Shown one piece after another: positions 10,390 through 20,156 of a DNA stretch of 64,000 bases. This stretch comes from Candidatus Dormiibacterota bacterium (GTDB taxonomy: Bacteria; Chloroflexota; Dormibacteria; Aeolococcales; Aeolococcaceae), in NCBI GenBank assembly GCA_035552595.1, contig DASZKZ010000035.1, positions 9,205 through 73,204 on the forward strand. Reading direction: 5' to 3'. Both the position numbers and the translations under genes were made by a program. Numbering within the stretch: the stretch's first letter is position 1; each line of letters opens with the position of its first letter. The notes below the pieces were generated by a model that was not told the DNA's origin, did not search any database, and saw only the letters and a list, made by a program, of their open reading frames with translations.

Positions 10390-11705
10390 TGGAGTCGCTG
10401 CCGGCCGCACCTCCGCCAGCGCGGGGTGAGACCGACTGGACCAGGCTGCACCCGCTCTCCCCGGTGGTGCGCGTCGGGAGCGCCGTGGCAGTGCTTGTCC
10501 TGTTCAGCACTCAGTTCGACACCGGGAGACGCCGAGGCTTTCCATGGGAGAGTGTGGTGCTCCTCGTCCTGGGCGTGGTCGCCGGGATCGTCTCCTGGCT
10601 GGTGACGCGCTGGCGGGTTCATGACGGCGACCTGCAGATCACCACGGGCCTGATCCGGCGGCAGTCGATCCGCGTGCCCCTCTCGCGCATCCAGGCGATC
10701 GACGTGATCGCACCGGTGGTCGCGCGCGTCCTGGGACTGGCCGAGGTTCGCGTGGTTGTGGCCGGGCGCGGGACTGGACGCACACGCCTGGCCTACCTGG
10801 GATCAGGCGAGGTGCAGCGTGTGCGCGCCATGCTCCTGGCGCTAGCGCATGGCCTGGCCTCAGAGACACCCGAGCCGCCCGCGCAGTCACTCCTGCGCAT
10901 CGACAACGGGCGCGTGATCTTCGCCACCCTTCTCACCGCGCCGGTCAACCTGCTCATCGCCATCGCTGTCCTCGCCGGCATCACCAGCCTTCTGGTACCT
11001 CACGGTGCCGCCACGGCGACGATCGCCGTGCCGGCGCTGGTGGGCGTGGTGCCGGAGGTTTTTCGCCGGTTCAACGCCGTGTACGACTTCGAGTTGTCTG
11101 AAGCCGCCGATGGCCTGAGGCTGAGCCGCGGCCTGCTCCAGACCCGGACCGAGACCATCCCGTTCGGGCGGATCCAGGCGGTGCGATGGGTGGAACCGCT
11201 GCTGTGGCGTCAGTTCGGCTGGGTCCGGCTCGAGGTCGACGTGGCCCGGCAGCGGGGCAGCCAGCAGCGCGAAGAGGGGAGCTCGCAGCTCTCCCGCACC
11301 CTTCTGCCTGTGGGAGAGCGCGACCACGCCGCCTGGCTGCTCCAGCGGGTGCTTCCCGGCGCTGTGCCCATCCCGCCGCCGGGCTCGAGACCACCATTGC
11401 GCGCCGCGGTGCGTACGCCGCTCTCGTATCACCTCCTCGCCTTCTGGGACGATCGCGGCCGCCATGCACTGGCGCGCACCGGTCGCGTCCGCCCGCAGGT
11501 GGTTGTGGTGCCGATGGAGAAGGTCCAGAGTGTCCGGCTGCGCCAGGGCCCCCTGCAGCGGTGGTTGCGCCTGGCCACCGTGCATATCGACACTGCCGGT
11601 CGGGGATGGCAGGCTGAGGCGATCTGTCGCGACGAGTTGGAGGCGGACTCGCTCCTCTGGCGGCTCACTGATCTGGCCCGCGAGGCGCGGGGAAGGCAGC
11701 GGTAA
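10389..11705 (+). CDS. YdbT-like membrane protein with repeated bacterial PH domains
   Basis: ATG at 10389 inside the longer artefactual ORF 9957..11705; repeated PH-like units (RIQAIDVIAPVVARVLGLAEVRV; FGRIQAVRWVEPLLWRQFGWVRLEV; MEKVQSVRLRQGPLQRWLRLATVHIDTAG) separated by TM segments. Confidence 0.7.
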   Translation: MESLPAAPPPARGETDWTRLHPLSPVVRVGSAVAVLVLFSTQFDTGRRRGFPWESVVLLVLGVVAGIVSWLVTRWRVHDGDLQITTGLIRRQSIRVPLSRIQAIDVIAPVVARVLGLAEVRVVVAGRGTGRTRLAYLGSGEVQRVRAMLLALAHGLASETPEPPAQSLLRIDNGRVIFATLLTAPVNLLIAIAVLAGITSLLVPHGAATATIAVPALVGVVPEVFRRFNAVYDFELSEAADGLRLSRGLLQTRTETIPFGRIQAVRWVEPLLWRQFGWVRLEVDVARQRGSQQREEGSSQLSRTLLPVGERDHAAWLLQRVLPGAVPIPPPGSRPPLRAAVRTPLSYHLLAFWDDRGRHALARTGRVRPQVVVVPMEKVQSVRLRQGPLQRWLRLATVHIDTAGRGWQAEAICRDELEADSLLWRLTDLAREARGRQR

Positions 11706-11784
11706 CGACGGTCGTTGCGAGGGGTTGTGCCACTGGTTTGTGTGGTTATACAATCCTGTGGTGGCAACTTCAGCAGCGGCGGTG

Positions 11785-12993
11785 ATGCCGGCGACCTCCG
11801 CGGTGGCCATGGACGGCCGCGGCGCTGATGGCGGCGGGCGGGGGCCGCGGCTGCTGGCTCTGGCGGTTGAGGCGTTCGACGCCGCCGACCTCGGAGCAGT
11901 CGACGGAGACGTCCTCTCCGAGGAGCTGATCGCGATGCGGCAGGGCATCGATCGGCTCGAGGCGCAGTTCAGCCGCCGGCTGGTGCGGTTCGATCTGGTG
12001 CGAGGGTACGAGACCTCGGGAGCGGCCGACCTGATCTCCTGGTTGCGACGGGCCTGCCGCATGGGCACCAGCGCCGCCGCCCGTCGGCTGCACCTGGCGC
12101 GCCAGCTCACCGAGCTGCCCGAGACGGAGGCCGCCTGGCGTAGCGGCGCCATCAGCACCGGCCATGCGGCGGTCATTGGTCGGACGGTGGATGAGATGGG
12201 GGACGACGGCGCGCGCGTCGCGGAGCCAACCTTGCTCGAGGCCGCAGACCAGATGAATCCCGGCCACGTGTGGCTGCTCGGCCAGCGATTGAGGCACTCC
12301 TTGGACCGCGAGCGCGCTCTTGCCGATACCAACGCCATGTACGCCCGCCGCCGCCTGCATCTCACCAGGGGGCTGGACGGCGCGCTCACCATCGACGGGC
12401 TCGTCGACCCCGAGGCCGGAGCAATTCTGCGCACCGCGATCGACGCTCTCACTCGCCCGCTACCCGGCGACGAGCGGATCGCCCCGCAGAGACGCGCCGA
12501 CGCCCTGGTGGAGCTGGCCCGGCGGCAACTGGATGGCGGCGCCCTCCAAGCGTCGGGTGGTCAGCGTCCTCATCTCAGCGTCGTGGTGCCGGCGGCGGCG
12601 CTGCGTCATGAGGTGGGGGCCTCACCTGCCGAGCTCGAGTGGGCCGGCCCGATCGCCGACGACACGGCGCGGCGTTTGGGGTGTGATGCGGTGTGCTCGA
12701 CGGTGGAGGTCGACGAAGAGGGCATGCCCATGACCGTGGGGAGAGCGACGCGAACGGTGCCCCCCAGCATCCGGCGGGCCCTGGTGGTGCGGGACCGCGG
12801 CTGCCGCTTCCCTGGCTGCGATCGGCCGCCCGCCTGGACCGACGGGCACCACCTCGTGCATTGGGCTGACGGGGGCGAGACCGCGCTGGAGAATCTGGTG
12901 CTTCTCTGTCGTCCCCACCACCGCCTCGTCCACGAGCAAGGGTGGACGCTGCGTCGCGACGACGATGGGGAGCTCGTGGCGGCGCCTCCATAG
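11785..12993 (+). CDS. DUF222-domain HNH endonuclease (actinobacterial 13E12-repeat type)
   Basis: C-terminal HNH motif CRFPGCDRPPAWTDGHHLVHWADGGETALENLVLLCRPHHRLVHE; long N-terminal DUF222-like region; alternative leaderless GTG start at 11761. Confidence 0.75.
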   Translation: MPATSAVAMDGRGADGGGRGPRLLALAVEAFDAADLGAVDGDVLSEELIAMRQGIDRLEAQFSRRLVRFDLVRGYETSGAADLISWLRRACRMGTSAAARRLHLARQLTELPETEAAWRSGAISTGHAAVIGRTVDEMGDDGARVAEPTLLEAADQMNPGHVWLLGQRLRHSLDRERALADTNAMYARRRLHLTRGLDGALTIDGLVDPEAGAILRTAIDALTRPLPGDERIAPQRRADALVELARRQLDGGALQASGGQRPHLSVVVPAAALRHEVGASPAELEWAGPIADDTARRLGCDAVCSTVEVDEEGMPMTVGRATRTVPPSIRRALVVRDRGCRFPGCDRPPAWTDGHHLVHWADGGETALENLVLLCRPHHRLVHEQGWTLRRDDDGELVAAPP

Positions 12994-13059
12994 GTTGGTG
13001 AGGGCGCCGGTCCGGCAGCCGGTCGGGCAGGGGTGGGCGCTGGCTTGGCGGGTGGCCCG

Positions 13060-13065
13060 TATACT
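13060..13065 (+). promoter_or_regulatory. putative -10 hexamer TATACT, 8 nt upstream of glmU ATG (leaderless-type promoter)
   Basis: TATACT-cggcccac-ATG; no SD; identical spacing to the glyQS promoter. Confidence 0.45.
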
Positions 13066-13073
13066 CGGCCCAC

Positions 13074-14453
13074 ATGGCCGACGGTCCGCGGGCAGTGATC
13101 CTCGCCGCCGGAGCGGGCACGAGGATGCGCAGCGCCACCCCCAAGGTGCTCCACCCGCTGGCAGGCCGCGCCCTCATCGATCACGTCATCGATGCCGCGG
13201 TCGCGGTCACGGGACGGCCTCCCGTTGTGGTGGTGGGGCCGGGTCGTGCCGACGTGGTTGAAGCTATCGGAGATCGGGCCGAGTGCGTCGAGCAGGCTGA
13301 ACCCCGCGGCACGGGAGACGCCCTCAGGTCCGTGCCCGAGCGCCTCCGTGAGGGTGGGGAGGTGCTCGTCCTCTCCGGTGACGTGCCCCTGGTGCGTGCC
13401 CAGACCCTGGGGCGCCTGATCGACCACCACCGGGGCTGCCGAGCAGCCGCCACCCTCCTGACCGCGATGCCCGCCAATCCCCGCGGCCTCGGTCGGGTCT
13501 ACCGTGATCCCGAGACGGGGCGGGTGGTGCGAACCATCGAAGAGCGCGACCTCCCGTCCGGCGTCCATGCACCCCCGGAAGTCGGTGCTGGGGTCTATGT
13601 GTTCGATGGAGCTCAGCTGTGGCCAGCGCTGGCGCGCATAAGGAATGACAACGCTCAGGGCGAGTACTACCTACCCGACGTCCTTCCGCTGCTCAGCGGC
13701 CACGTCGAAGCCATGCTTCTTGACGATCCGGACGAGGCGCTTGGGATCAATGACCGATCGCAGCTGGCAGCCGCCGAATCGGTCCTCCGCCTCCGCGTGC
13801 TCGAGCTCCTCATGGACGCCGGGGTGACCATCGAGGATCCCTCGACCACGTACATCGATGCGACTGTTCGGGTAGGACGCGACTCGGTGATCCGTCCCAT
13901 GTCCTTGCTGCGCGGCGAGACGATCCTGGGAGACGGTTGCGAGATCGGACCGCTCGCGCACCTTCGCGACGTTGTGGCCGGTGACCGAGTGACTGTCGGC
14001 GCATCCCATCTGGAGGCGTGCGAGCTCGGAGACGGGGTGGCGATCGGTTCCTTCAACCGGGTGCGACCGGGCAGCGTCCTGGCTGCCGGCGTATCGTTGG
14101 GCACTCACGCCGAGATCAAAAACAGCCGTCTGGGCGCCGGCAGCCGCGTCAACCACTTCTCGTGCGTGCTCGACAGCGACGTGGGCGCCAGAGTCAATGT
14201 GGGAGCCGGTACGGTGACCTGCAACTTCGACGGCGAGACCAAGCAGCGCACCGTCATCGAGGATGATGTCTTCGTGGGCACGAACAGCACGCTGGTGGCG
14301 CCCCTGGTCATCCGCCGGGGTGCCTACATCGCTGCAGGTTCCTTGGTCAACGAGGACGTCCCCGAGGACGCTCTGGCGGTGGGGCGGGCCCGGCAACGCA
14401 ACATTCCGGGCTGGGCGGCGCGCCGCCGCCGCCAGGAGGGGTTGCCGGAGTGA
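13074..14453 (+). CDS. glmU: bifunctional UDP-GlcNAc pyrophosphorylase / GlcN-1-P N-acetyltransferase
   Basis: N-terminal AVILAAGAGTRMRS nucleotidyltransferase motif; C-terminal left-handed beta-helix hexapeptide repeats; 459 aa. Confidence 0.9.
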   Translation: MADGPRAVILAAGAGTRMRSATPKVLHPLAGRALIDHVIDAAVAVTGRPPVVVVGPGRADVVEAIGDRAECVEQAEPRGTGDALRSVPERLREGGEVLVLSGDVPLVRAQTLGRLIDHHRGCRAAATLLTAMPANPRGLGRVYRDPETGRVVRTIEERDLPSGVHAPPEVGAGVYVFDGAQLWPALARIRNDNAQGEYYLPDVLPLLSGHVEAMLLDDPDEALGINDRSQLAAAESVLRLRVLELLMDAGVTIEDPSTTYIDATVRVGRDSVIRPMSLLRGETILGDGCEIGPLAHLRDVVAGDRVTVGASHLEACELGDGVAIGSFNRVRPGSVLAAGVSLGTHAEIKNSRLGAGSRVNHFSCVLDSDVGARVNVGAGTVTCNFDGETKQRTVIEDDVFVGTNSTLVAPLVIRRGAYIAAGSLVNEDVPEDALAVGRARQRNIPGWAARRRRQEGLPE

Positions 14454-15415
14454 CCGAGCCGTATCAATTCGGCGACCTCATGCTGCTCAGCGGTACCGGT
14501 AACCCGGAGTTGAGCGAGAAGATCGCTCGCGAGATCGATCTACCTCTCGCCAGCATGGAGATCACACGCTTCGCGGATGGCGAATTCGACGTCAAGATCG
14601 CGGAATCCGTTCGTGGTCGCGATCTCTTCCTCATCCAGCCGACGTGCGCACCCGTCAGCGACAACCTCATCCAACTCTTTGTCATCCTCGACGCGCTCCG
14701 CCGAGCGTCGGCGTCGAGGATCACCGCCGTCATCCCGTACTACGGCTACCAGCGCAAAGAGAAGAAGACGCAGCCTCGCGACCCCATCAGCGCCAAGCTC
14801 ATGGCCAACATCATCGAGCTCGCCGGCGCCAACAGGGTGATCGCCGTGGATCTCCACGCCGAGGCGATCCAGGGGTTCTTCGATATTCCTGTCGACGCTC
14901 TGACCGCCACCAAGATACTCGCGCGGCGAGTTCGGGAGCGTCACGGCCACAACGTCGTGGTGGTTTCGCCCGACACCGGCGGCGCGCTCCGGGCGCGGCG
15001 TTTAGGACGCATCCTGGACGCTCCGATCGCGATCGTGGACAAGCGCCGGCCGCGAGACGATACCGTCGAGGTCATCAATGTCATCGGTGATGTCGACGGT
15101 CTGCACTGCATCATCGTCGACGACCTGATCAGCACCGGCTCGACGCTGGCCAACGCCGCCATTGCGCTTCGGGCCAAAGGTGCAACTGGTGTCGACGTGG
15201 TGGCCACCCATGGTGTGCTCACCGATGGTGCTCTCACACTCCTCCACGAGGCGCCCATCGACGAGATCTGCATCACCGACACGATCCCGCTACCGGGTGG
15301 CGCGCGTAGCTTCGATGATCATCCCAGGCTGCGTGTGCTCAGCGTTGCACCCCTGATCGCGGAGGCGATTGTCCGCGTCCACGAAGGCCGTAGCGTCAGC
15401 GAGCTGTTCCGGTGA
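14450..15415 (+). CDS. prs: ribose-phosphate pyrophosphokinase
   Basis: GTG start overlapping glmU stop (GTGA); PRPP-binding motif CIIVDDLISTGSTL; conserved glmU-prs synteny. Confidence 0.9.
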   Translation: MTEPYQFGDLMLLSGTGNPELSEKIAREIDLPLASMEITRFADGEFDVKIAESVRGRDLFLIQPTCAPVSDNLIQLFVILDALRRASASRITAVIPYYGYQRKEKKTQPRDPISAKLMANIIELAGANRVIAVDLHAEAIQGFFDIPVDALTATKILARRVRERHGHNVVVVSPDTGGALRARRLGRILDAPIAIVDKRRPRDDTVEVINVIGDVDGLHCIIVDDLISTGSTLANAAIALRAKGATGVDVVATHGVLTDGALTLLHEAPIDEICITDTIPLPGGARSFDDHPRLRVLSVAPLIAEAIVRVHEGRSVSELFR

Positions 15416-15459
15416 CCGCACCATCAGAGTCGCGCTGAGGGCATGGGCAACAGATTGCG

Positions 15460-16761
15460 GTGAGCATCCTGATCGTTCTCCTGATCGCCTCTCTGGTTCT
15501 GGCCGCCTTCGCGGCGGCGTCGGAAACAGCCCTGACATCGGTGAGCCGTCTGCGTATGCGGTCCCTCGCCGAGGAGGGCAATAGCCGCGCAGAGCTTGTC
15601 GTCAAGCTCCACAACCAACCCAATGCCTATCTGTCGACGATCCTGAGCATCAACACGGTGGCGGTGATCGTCGCCTCCACCGCGGCGACCCTGCTGATCG
15701 CGCAGACCTATCGCTCGTTTCCTGAGGCGGCTGGAACAGCCCTTCTCTCAGCTGTTGTTCTCATCTTCTGCGAGATCGCCCCCAAATCGCTGGCCCTGCG
15801 CTTCAACGAGCGCCTGGCCCTCAGCTTGGCGCGCCCGGTGTCCATGCTCACCACTGTTCTGCGGCCTCTGGTGGGCGGACTGACGCTGATCAGCAACTCG
15901 CTTCTCAGCATTGCCACTCGGGGCCGGTCCGTGGTTGGCCCGTTCGTCACCGAGGAGGAGCTCAAGTACATGGTGCAGCTCGGCCAGCAGCAAGGCGTTG
16001 TTGAATACGGCGAACAGGAGATGATCCACGGGATTCTGGAGATGACCGACAAGACGGTGCGTGAGGTCATGGTCCCGCGCATCGACGTCATCGCCATGGA
16101 GGCCCGGGGCAGCATCGCCGAGCTGATCGACCTCGTCGTCCAGCATGGTCATTCACGCATCCCCGTGTATGAGGAGAACATAGACAACATCATCGGCGTG
16201 GTCTATGCCAAGGACTTGCTCCGCGAGAGCGTCCGCAACGGCGACAGGCGCGCGATTCGGACGCTCATGCGTGAGCCGTATTTCACGCCGGAGGTGAAGC
16301 ACGTCGGCGAGCTGCTTCACGAGATGCAGGAGCGAAAGGTCCACATGGCTGTGGTGGTCGAGGAGCACGGGGGCACCGGCGGCATCGTCACGTTCGAGGA
16401 CCTGATCGAGGAGATCGTCGGGCCGATCCGCGACGAGTACGACGTCGGTGAGCAGGAGGAGGTTCAGTTCCTGAACGACAATGAGGTCCTTCTCAACGCT
16501 CGTTTCCCCGTGGACGACATCAAGGATCTTCTCCACCTCGATGTCGGCGAGACGGAGAGCGATTCGGTTGGCGGCCTGGTGTACGAACGGCTCGGCGAGA
16601 TTCCCGCCGTGGGTGCGACCCTGCAGCTCGGTGCCGCCACGCTGATCGTGGAACAAGTCCGTCGCCAGAGCATTCAGCTGGTCCGCATCTGCTCGCCTGA
16701 GCCGTTTATCCGCGACCGCGATGGCAGGTCATCCGACGAGGACGACGCTGACGCCGGCTGA
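15460..16761 (+). CDS. CNNM/CorC-family hemolysin-like protein (DUF21 TM + CBS pair + CorC_HlyC)
   Basis: GTG start; N-terminal DUF21 TM domain; tandem CBS (VMVPRIDVIAM ... IPVYEENIDNIIGVVYAKDLL); C-terminal transporter-associated domain. Confidence 0.85.
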   Translation: MSILIVLLIASLVLAAFAAASETALTSVSRLRMRSLAEEGNSRAELVVKLHNQPNAYLSTILSINTVAVIVASTAATLLIAQTYRSFPEAAGTALLSAVVLIFCEIAPKSLALRFNERLALSLARPVSMLTTVLRPLVGGLTLISNSLLSIATRGRSVVGPFVTEEELKYMVQLGQQQGVVEYGEQEMIHGILEMTDKTVREVMVPRIDVIAMEARGSIAELIDLVVQHGHSRIPVYEENIDNIIGVVYAKDLLRESVRNGDRRAIRTLMREPYFTPEVKHVGELLHEMQERKVHMAVVVEEHGGTGGIVTFEDLIEEIVGPIRDEYDVGEQEEVQFLNDNEVLLNARFPVDDIKDLLHLDVGETESDSVGGLVYERLGEIPAVGATLQLGAATLIVEQVRRQSIQLVRICSPEPFIRDRDGRSSDEDDADAG

Positions 16762-16788
16762 CGGCGCGCCGTCCGACCTCACTGAGTC

Positions 16789-17550
16789 ATGCCCACGTAC
16801 CTGACCGAAGGAGTGATCCTCCGGCGCATCGACTACGGGGAGGCTGATCGCATCCTCACCGTCCTCACGCGCGAGCGTGGCAAGATCGGTGTCATCGCGC
16901 GCGGCGTCCGCAAGCCGGGCAGCCGGCTGGCGGCGCAGACCGACCTCTTTGCTCGGAGCCGCATGCAGCTCGCCCACGGCCGCGGCGACCTCGACGTGCT
17001 CACCCAGGCGGAGACCATGGGCTCGGTGGTTCCCCTGGCCGACGCGCGTCGTGCCGCCTGTGCGTCGGTCTGCGCCGAGCTGGCCGACCGCGTCCTCGAG
17101 AGCAGTCACCCCGACGCCGAGACCTTTGAGCTCGTCGTGAACGCTCTCCGCGACTGCACCGACATCACGCGCGATCCGCGCGCGGCGCTGGTGTGGCTCA
17201 CGCGCCGAATGATCGACCGGCTTGGGTACGCACCCCGGCTCCGCGACTGCGCGGCGTGCGCCACCCAGCTACCCGAGAGCGGGGCACGGTTCAGCGCGAT
17301 TGCCGGCGGGCTGCTCTGCGACCGATGCGCCCCGACCGACCCCGGCGCAGCGGAATGCTCGGTGCGGGTGATCAAGGTCTTGCGCGTCGCCGCCGCCGGA
17401 GACGCGGATCTCTATCGGCGCCTGCGGCTCGATGAGCCGACGCTGGCAACCCTGGAGGCCGTCGCCGAACGCGAGCTGGCGCAGCACCTCGACCGCCAAT
17501 TGCGCTCGCTGGCTGTCCTTCGCGCCATCGAGAGGCGCCAACCCGCCTGA
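16789..17550 (+). CDS. recO: DNA repair protein RecO
   Basis: N-terminal OB-fold MPTYLTEGVILRRIDYGEADRILTVLT; C-terminal Cys motif CAACATQL...CDRCAP; 253 aa. Confidence 0.85.
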   Translation: MPTYLTEGVILRRIDYGEADRILTVLTRERGKIGVIARGVRKPGSRLAAQTDLFARSRMQLAHGRGDLDVLTQAETMGSVVPLADARRAACASVCAELADRVLESSHPDAETFELVVNALRDCTDITRDPRAALVWLTRRMIDRLGYAPRLRDCAACATQLPESGARFSAIAGGLLCDRCAPTDPGAAECSVRVIKVLRVAAAGDADLYRRLRLDEPTLATLEAVAERELAQHLDRQLRSLAVLRAIERRQPA

Positions 17551-17565
17551 TCAGGCGCGTCCCGG

Positions 17566-17571
17566 TACACT
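17566..17571 (+). promoter_or_regulatory. putative -10 hexamer TACACT, 8 nt upstream of glyQS ATG (leaderless-type promoter)
   Basis: TACACT-cgcggccg-ATG; no SD in the 29-nt gap after recO. Confidence 0.45.
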
Positions 17572-17579
17572 CGCGGCCG

Positions 17580-19004
17580 ATGTCGCAACCTGACCCCGTC
17601 TCACCCAACATCCTCGACAGGCTCGTGTCCCTGGGCAAGCAGCGCGGATTCTTCTTCGGCTCGAGCGAGATCTACGGCGGCATCAACGCCCTTTACGACT
17701 ACGGTCCACTGGGTGCCAGGCTGCGACGCAACGTCCGCAATCTCTGGTGGGCCGCGATGATCGAGTCCCGCGACGACATCGAACCCATCGAGACCTCGAT
17801 CATCATGAACCCACAGGTCTGGGTGGCCAGCGGCCACGTCGCCACCTTCACCGACCCGCTCGTCGACTGCACCGGCCCCTGTCGCAAGCGGTGGCGCGAG
17901 GATCATCTCGCCGACGAGCGACGTGCTCGCGGCAAGGCGGACGACGCGCCCGGCTGTCCAGAATGCGGTGGTGCCCTGACCCCGGCCCGACAGTTCAATC
18001 TCATGTTTCGCACCCATCTCGGTCCGGTGGCTGATGACGCCGCGCAGGTGTACCTGCGTCCCGAGACGGCCCAGGGCATGTTCGTCGATTTCACAACCGT
18101 GGTCCAGGCGATGCGACGCCGTCTCCCGTTCGGTATTGCCCAGCAGGGCAAGTCCTTTCGGAACGAGATCTCGCCGAGCAACTCGATCTTTCGGACCCGC
18201 GAGTTCGAACAGATGGAGATGGAGTTCTTCTGCAAGCCGGGTACCGACCTCGACTGGTACACGTACTGGTGTGAGGAGCGGATGCGCTGGTGGGTTGAGG
18301 ACTGCGGTGTTCGCACCTCGAGGTTGCGGCTCCGCGCGCATGGCCACGACGAGCTGTCGCATTACAGCACTGCCACCAGTGACATCGAATACCTTTTCCC
18401 GTGGGGCTGGGGCGAGCTCGAGGGCGTGGCCGATCGGACGGACTTCGACCTGCGCCGCCACAGCGAGCACAGCGGCAAGGACCTCAGCTACTTCGACGCT
18501 GAGACCAATGAACGCTACCTCCCGTACGTGATCGAGCCCGCCGCTGGGCTGGACCGCGCCTGCCTGACGATGCTCCTCGACGCCTGGGACGAGGAGGAGG
18601 TCCGCGGCGAGACGCGTGTGGTGCTCCGCCTCCACCCCGACGTGGCGCCGTGGCAGCTGGCGGTGCTGCCGCTGAGCAAGAAGCCACTGCTCACCGAGCC
18701 CGCCCGCGTGCTCGCCAAACGGCTTCGCGCCCGCTTCCGCACCGAATACGACGAGACGCAGTCCATCGGGAGGCGCTACCGGCGCCAGGATGAGATCGGC
18801 ACACCGTTGGCGATCACCGTGGACTTCCAGTCGCTCGACGACAACGCCGTGACCATCCGCGAGCGCGACAGCATGACCCAGGTCCGAGTCCCGATGGACG
18901 ACCTCGAGTCGGCGTGCGAGGAACAGCTCGCGGCGTGCCGGGCGGCAGCGCTGCGTCGCGCCCAGGGGGATGCCTCGGAGCGCACACCGGACGGCAAAGG
19001 CTGA
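17580..19004 (+). CDS. glyQS: glycine--tRNA ligase (dimeric class II GlyQS type)
   Basis: 474 aa; class II motifs and Cys insertion CTGPCRKRW...CPECGG typical of alpha2-type GlyRS; anticodon-binding C-terminus. Confidence 0.9.
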   Translation: MSQPDPVSPNILDRLVSLGKQRGFFFGSSEIYGGINALYDYGPLGARLRRNVRNLWWAAMIESRDDIEPIETSIIMNPQVWVASGHVATFTDPLVDCTGPCRKRWREDHLADERRARGKADDAPGCPECGGALTPARQFNLMFRTHLGPVADDAAQVYLRPETAQGMFVDFTTVVQAMRRRLPFGIAQQGKSFRNEISPSNSIFRTREFEQMEMEFFCKPGTDLDWYTYWCEERMRWWVEDCGVRTSRLRLRAHGHDELSHYSTATSDIEYLFPWGWGELEGVADRTDFDLRRHSEHSGKDLSYFDAETNERYLPYVIEPAAGLDRACLTMLLDAWDEEEVRGETRVVLRLHPDVAPWQLAVLPLSKKPLLTEPARVLAKRLRARFRTEYDETQSIGRRYRRQDEIGTPLAITVDFQSLDDNAVTIRERDSMTQVRVPMDDLESACEEQLAACRAAALRRAQGDASERTPDGKG

Positions 19005-19007
19005 GCG

Positions 19008-20096
19008 CTACTGGGGCCCTGTCGCGGCCCTGCGGCGCCTCCGCCGCCTGGCGCGGGGCCTCTCGAGCAGCTCCCCGCGGCGGATCAGGGTCAGCACCGC
19101 GGCGCCGACTCCGGCCATGAGGATGTCGTTGAACCCTCGGAACAGAAGACCGGCTGCGGCACCCGCGGCAACCGGAACGCCGTTGGTGATCATGAGGACG
19201 GTGAGGAGGCCCTCGAACGGCCCCACTCCGCCGGGGATGAGGCTGATGCCGGAGATCACGAAGCTCAGTGCCAGCACGAAGGTCGCGGCGATGAAGCCCA
19301 CCTGATTCTGCCCGACCGCATGCAGGGAGAGGTAGAACAGAAGGTACGAGAGGAACACGGCGATGGCGTTGAAGACGAGCACCGGGATGACCACGTGCGG
19401 GTGCAGGAGCTCGATGAATGCGGGACGGATGGCCCGCATCTGGGAATCGAAGCGGCGCAGCAATCTGATCTTCTCCACCAGCCGGATCGCCCGCTTGTAG
19501 GCCCGTTCCCAGATGAGCACGCTCAGGACCAGCAGGTGCACCAGCACCATGACGATGACCAGCAGCGCGATGTCCGGGTGGGATGCGACCCTAGGCAGGA
19601 CCCCGAGTCCCATCAGGGTCATGAAGAGCAGCTCTCCAAACGCGATGGTGGCGGTCAGCTCGCCGCCGCTGCGCCGCGTCCGGGTCACCTCTTTGATCAG
19701 TGCGATGCGGGCGAGATCGCCGGTGGGCATGAAGACCATGGTCTGCCCAGCGAACTCCACCGCGATCGACTGACGGATGTTCACATCGACGCCGACGGCG
19801 CGCAGGGTCACCCACCAGCCCAGCGAGCGCGCCAGATAGGTGCCGATGGTCACTGGGAGCATGAGAAGCAGGAGACCGAGATCTGTCCTGCCAAAGACGC
19901 CGGCGAGCGTCGCCGGATCGACCGCGACCACCAGCCCGATCAGGCACAGAACGGCCACGACCTCCAGCGCGTGGTGGCGCAGAGTCCGGGCCACGGGGGC
20001 CACGGTGCCGTGTCGCTGTGACGCGCGCCAGGCGGCCTTCCCCCAGCGCGCCACGCCCTCAACAGCGCGGTTGATCACGCGGCTGCCAGAGCTCAA
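19008..20096 (-). CDS. polytopic membrane protein, UPF0104 / lysylphosphatidylglycerol-synthase-TM-like (flippase-like) family
   Basis: 362 aa, ~8 predicted TM helices, C-terminal Arg run; family call from topology and composition only. Confidence 0.5.
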   Translation of the reverse strand: MSSGSRVINRAVEGVARWGKAAWRASQRHGTVAPVARTLRHHALEVVAVLCLIGLVVAVDPATLAGVFGRTDLGLLLLMLPVTIGTYLARSLGWWVTLRAVGVDVNIRQSIAVEFAGQTMVFMPTGDLARIALIKEVTRTRRSGGELTATIAFGELLFMTLMGLGVLPRVASHPDIALLVIVMVLVHLLVLSVLIWERAYKRAIRLVEKIRLLRRFDSQMRAIRPAFIELLHPHVVIPVLVFNAIAVFLSYLLFYLSLHAVGQNQVGFIAATFVLALSFVISGISLIPGGVGPFEGLLTVLMITNGVPVAAGAAAGLLFRGFNDILMAGVGAAVLTLIRRGELLERPRARRRRRRRAATGPQ

Positions 20097-20156
20097 AGGT
20101 GATAGTCATGCTGTCACAATAAGCGAAGTGTCCGGGCGCCCAGGCCGTCGCGACGG

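Noticed and set aside
10887-12452. 521-aa minus-strand ORF
   Set aside because: Antisense to the YdbT-like and HNH genes. Low-complexity S/A/R/P translation.
20097-20156. Near-palindrome GTGATAGTCATGCTGTCAC between the membrane-protein and protease genes
   Set aside because: An imperfect dyad of unknown significance in a 60-bp gap. It is too weak to call an operator.
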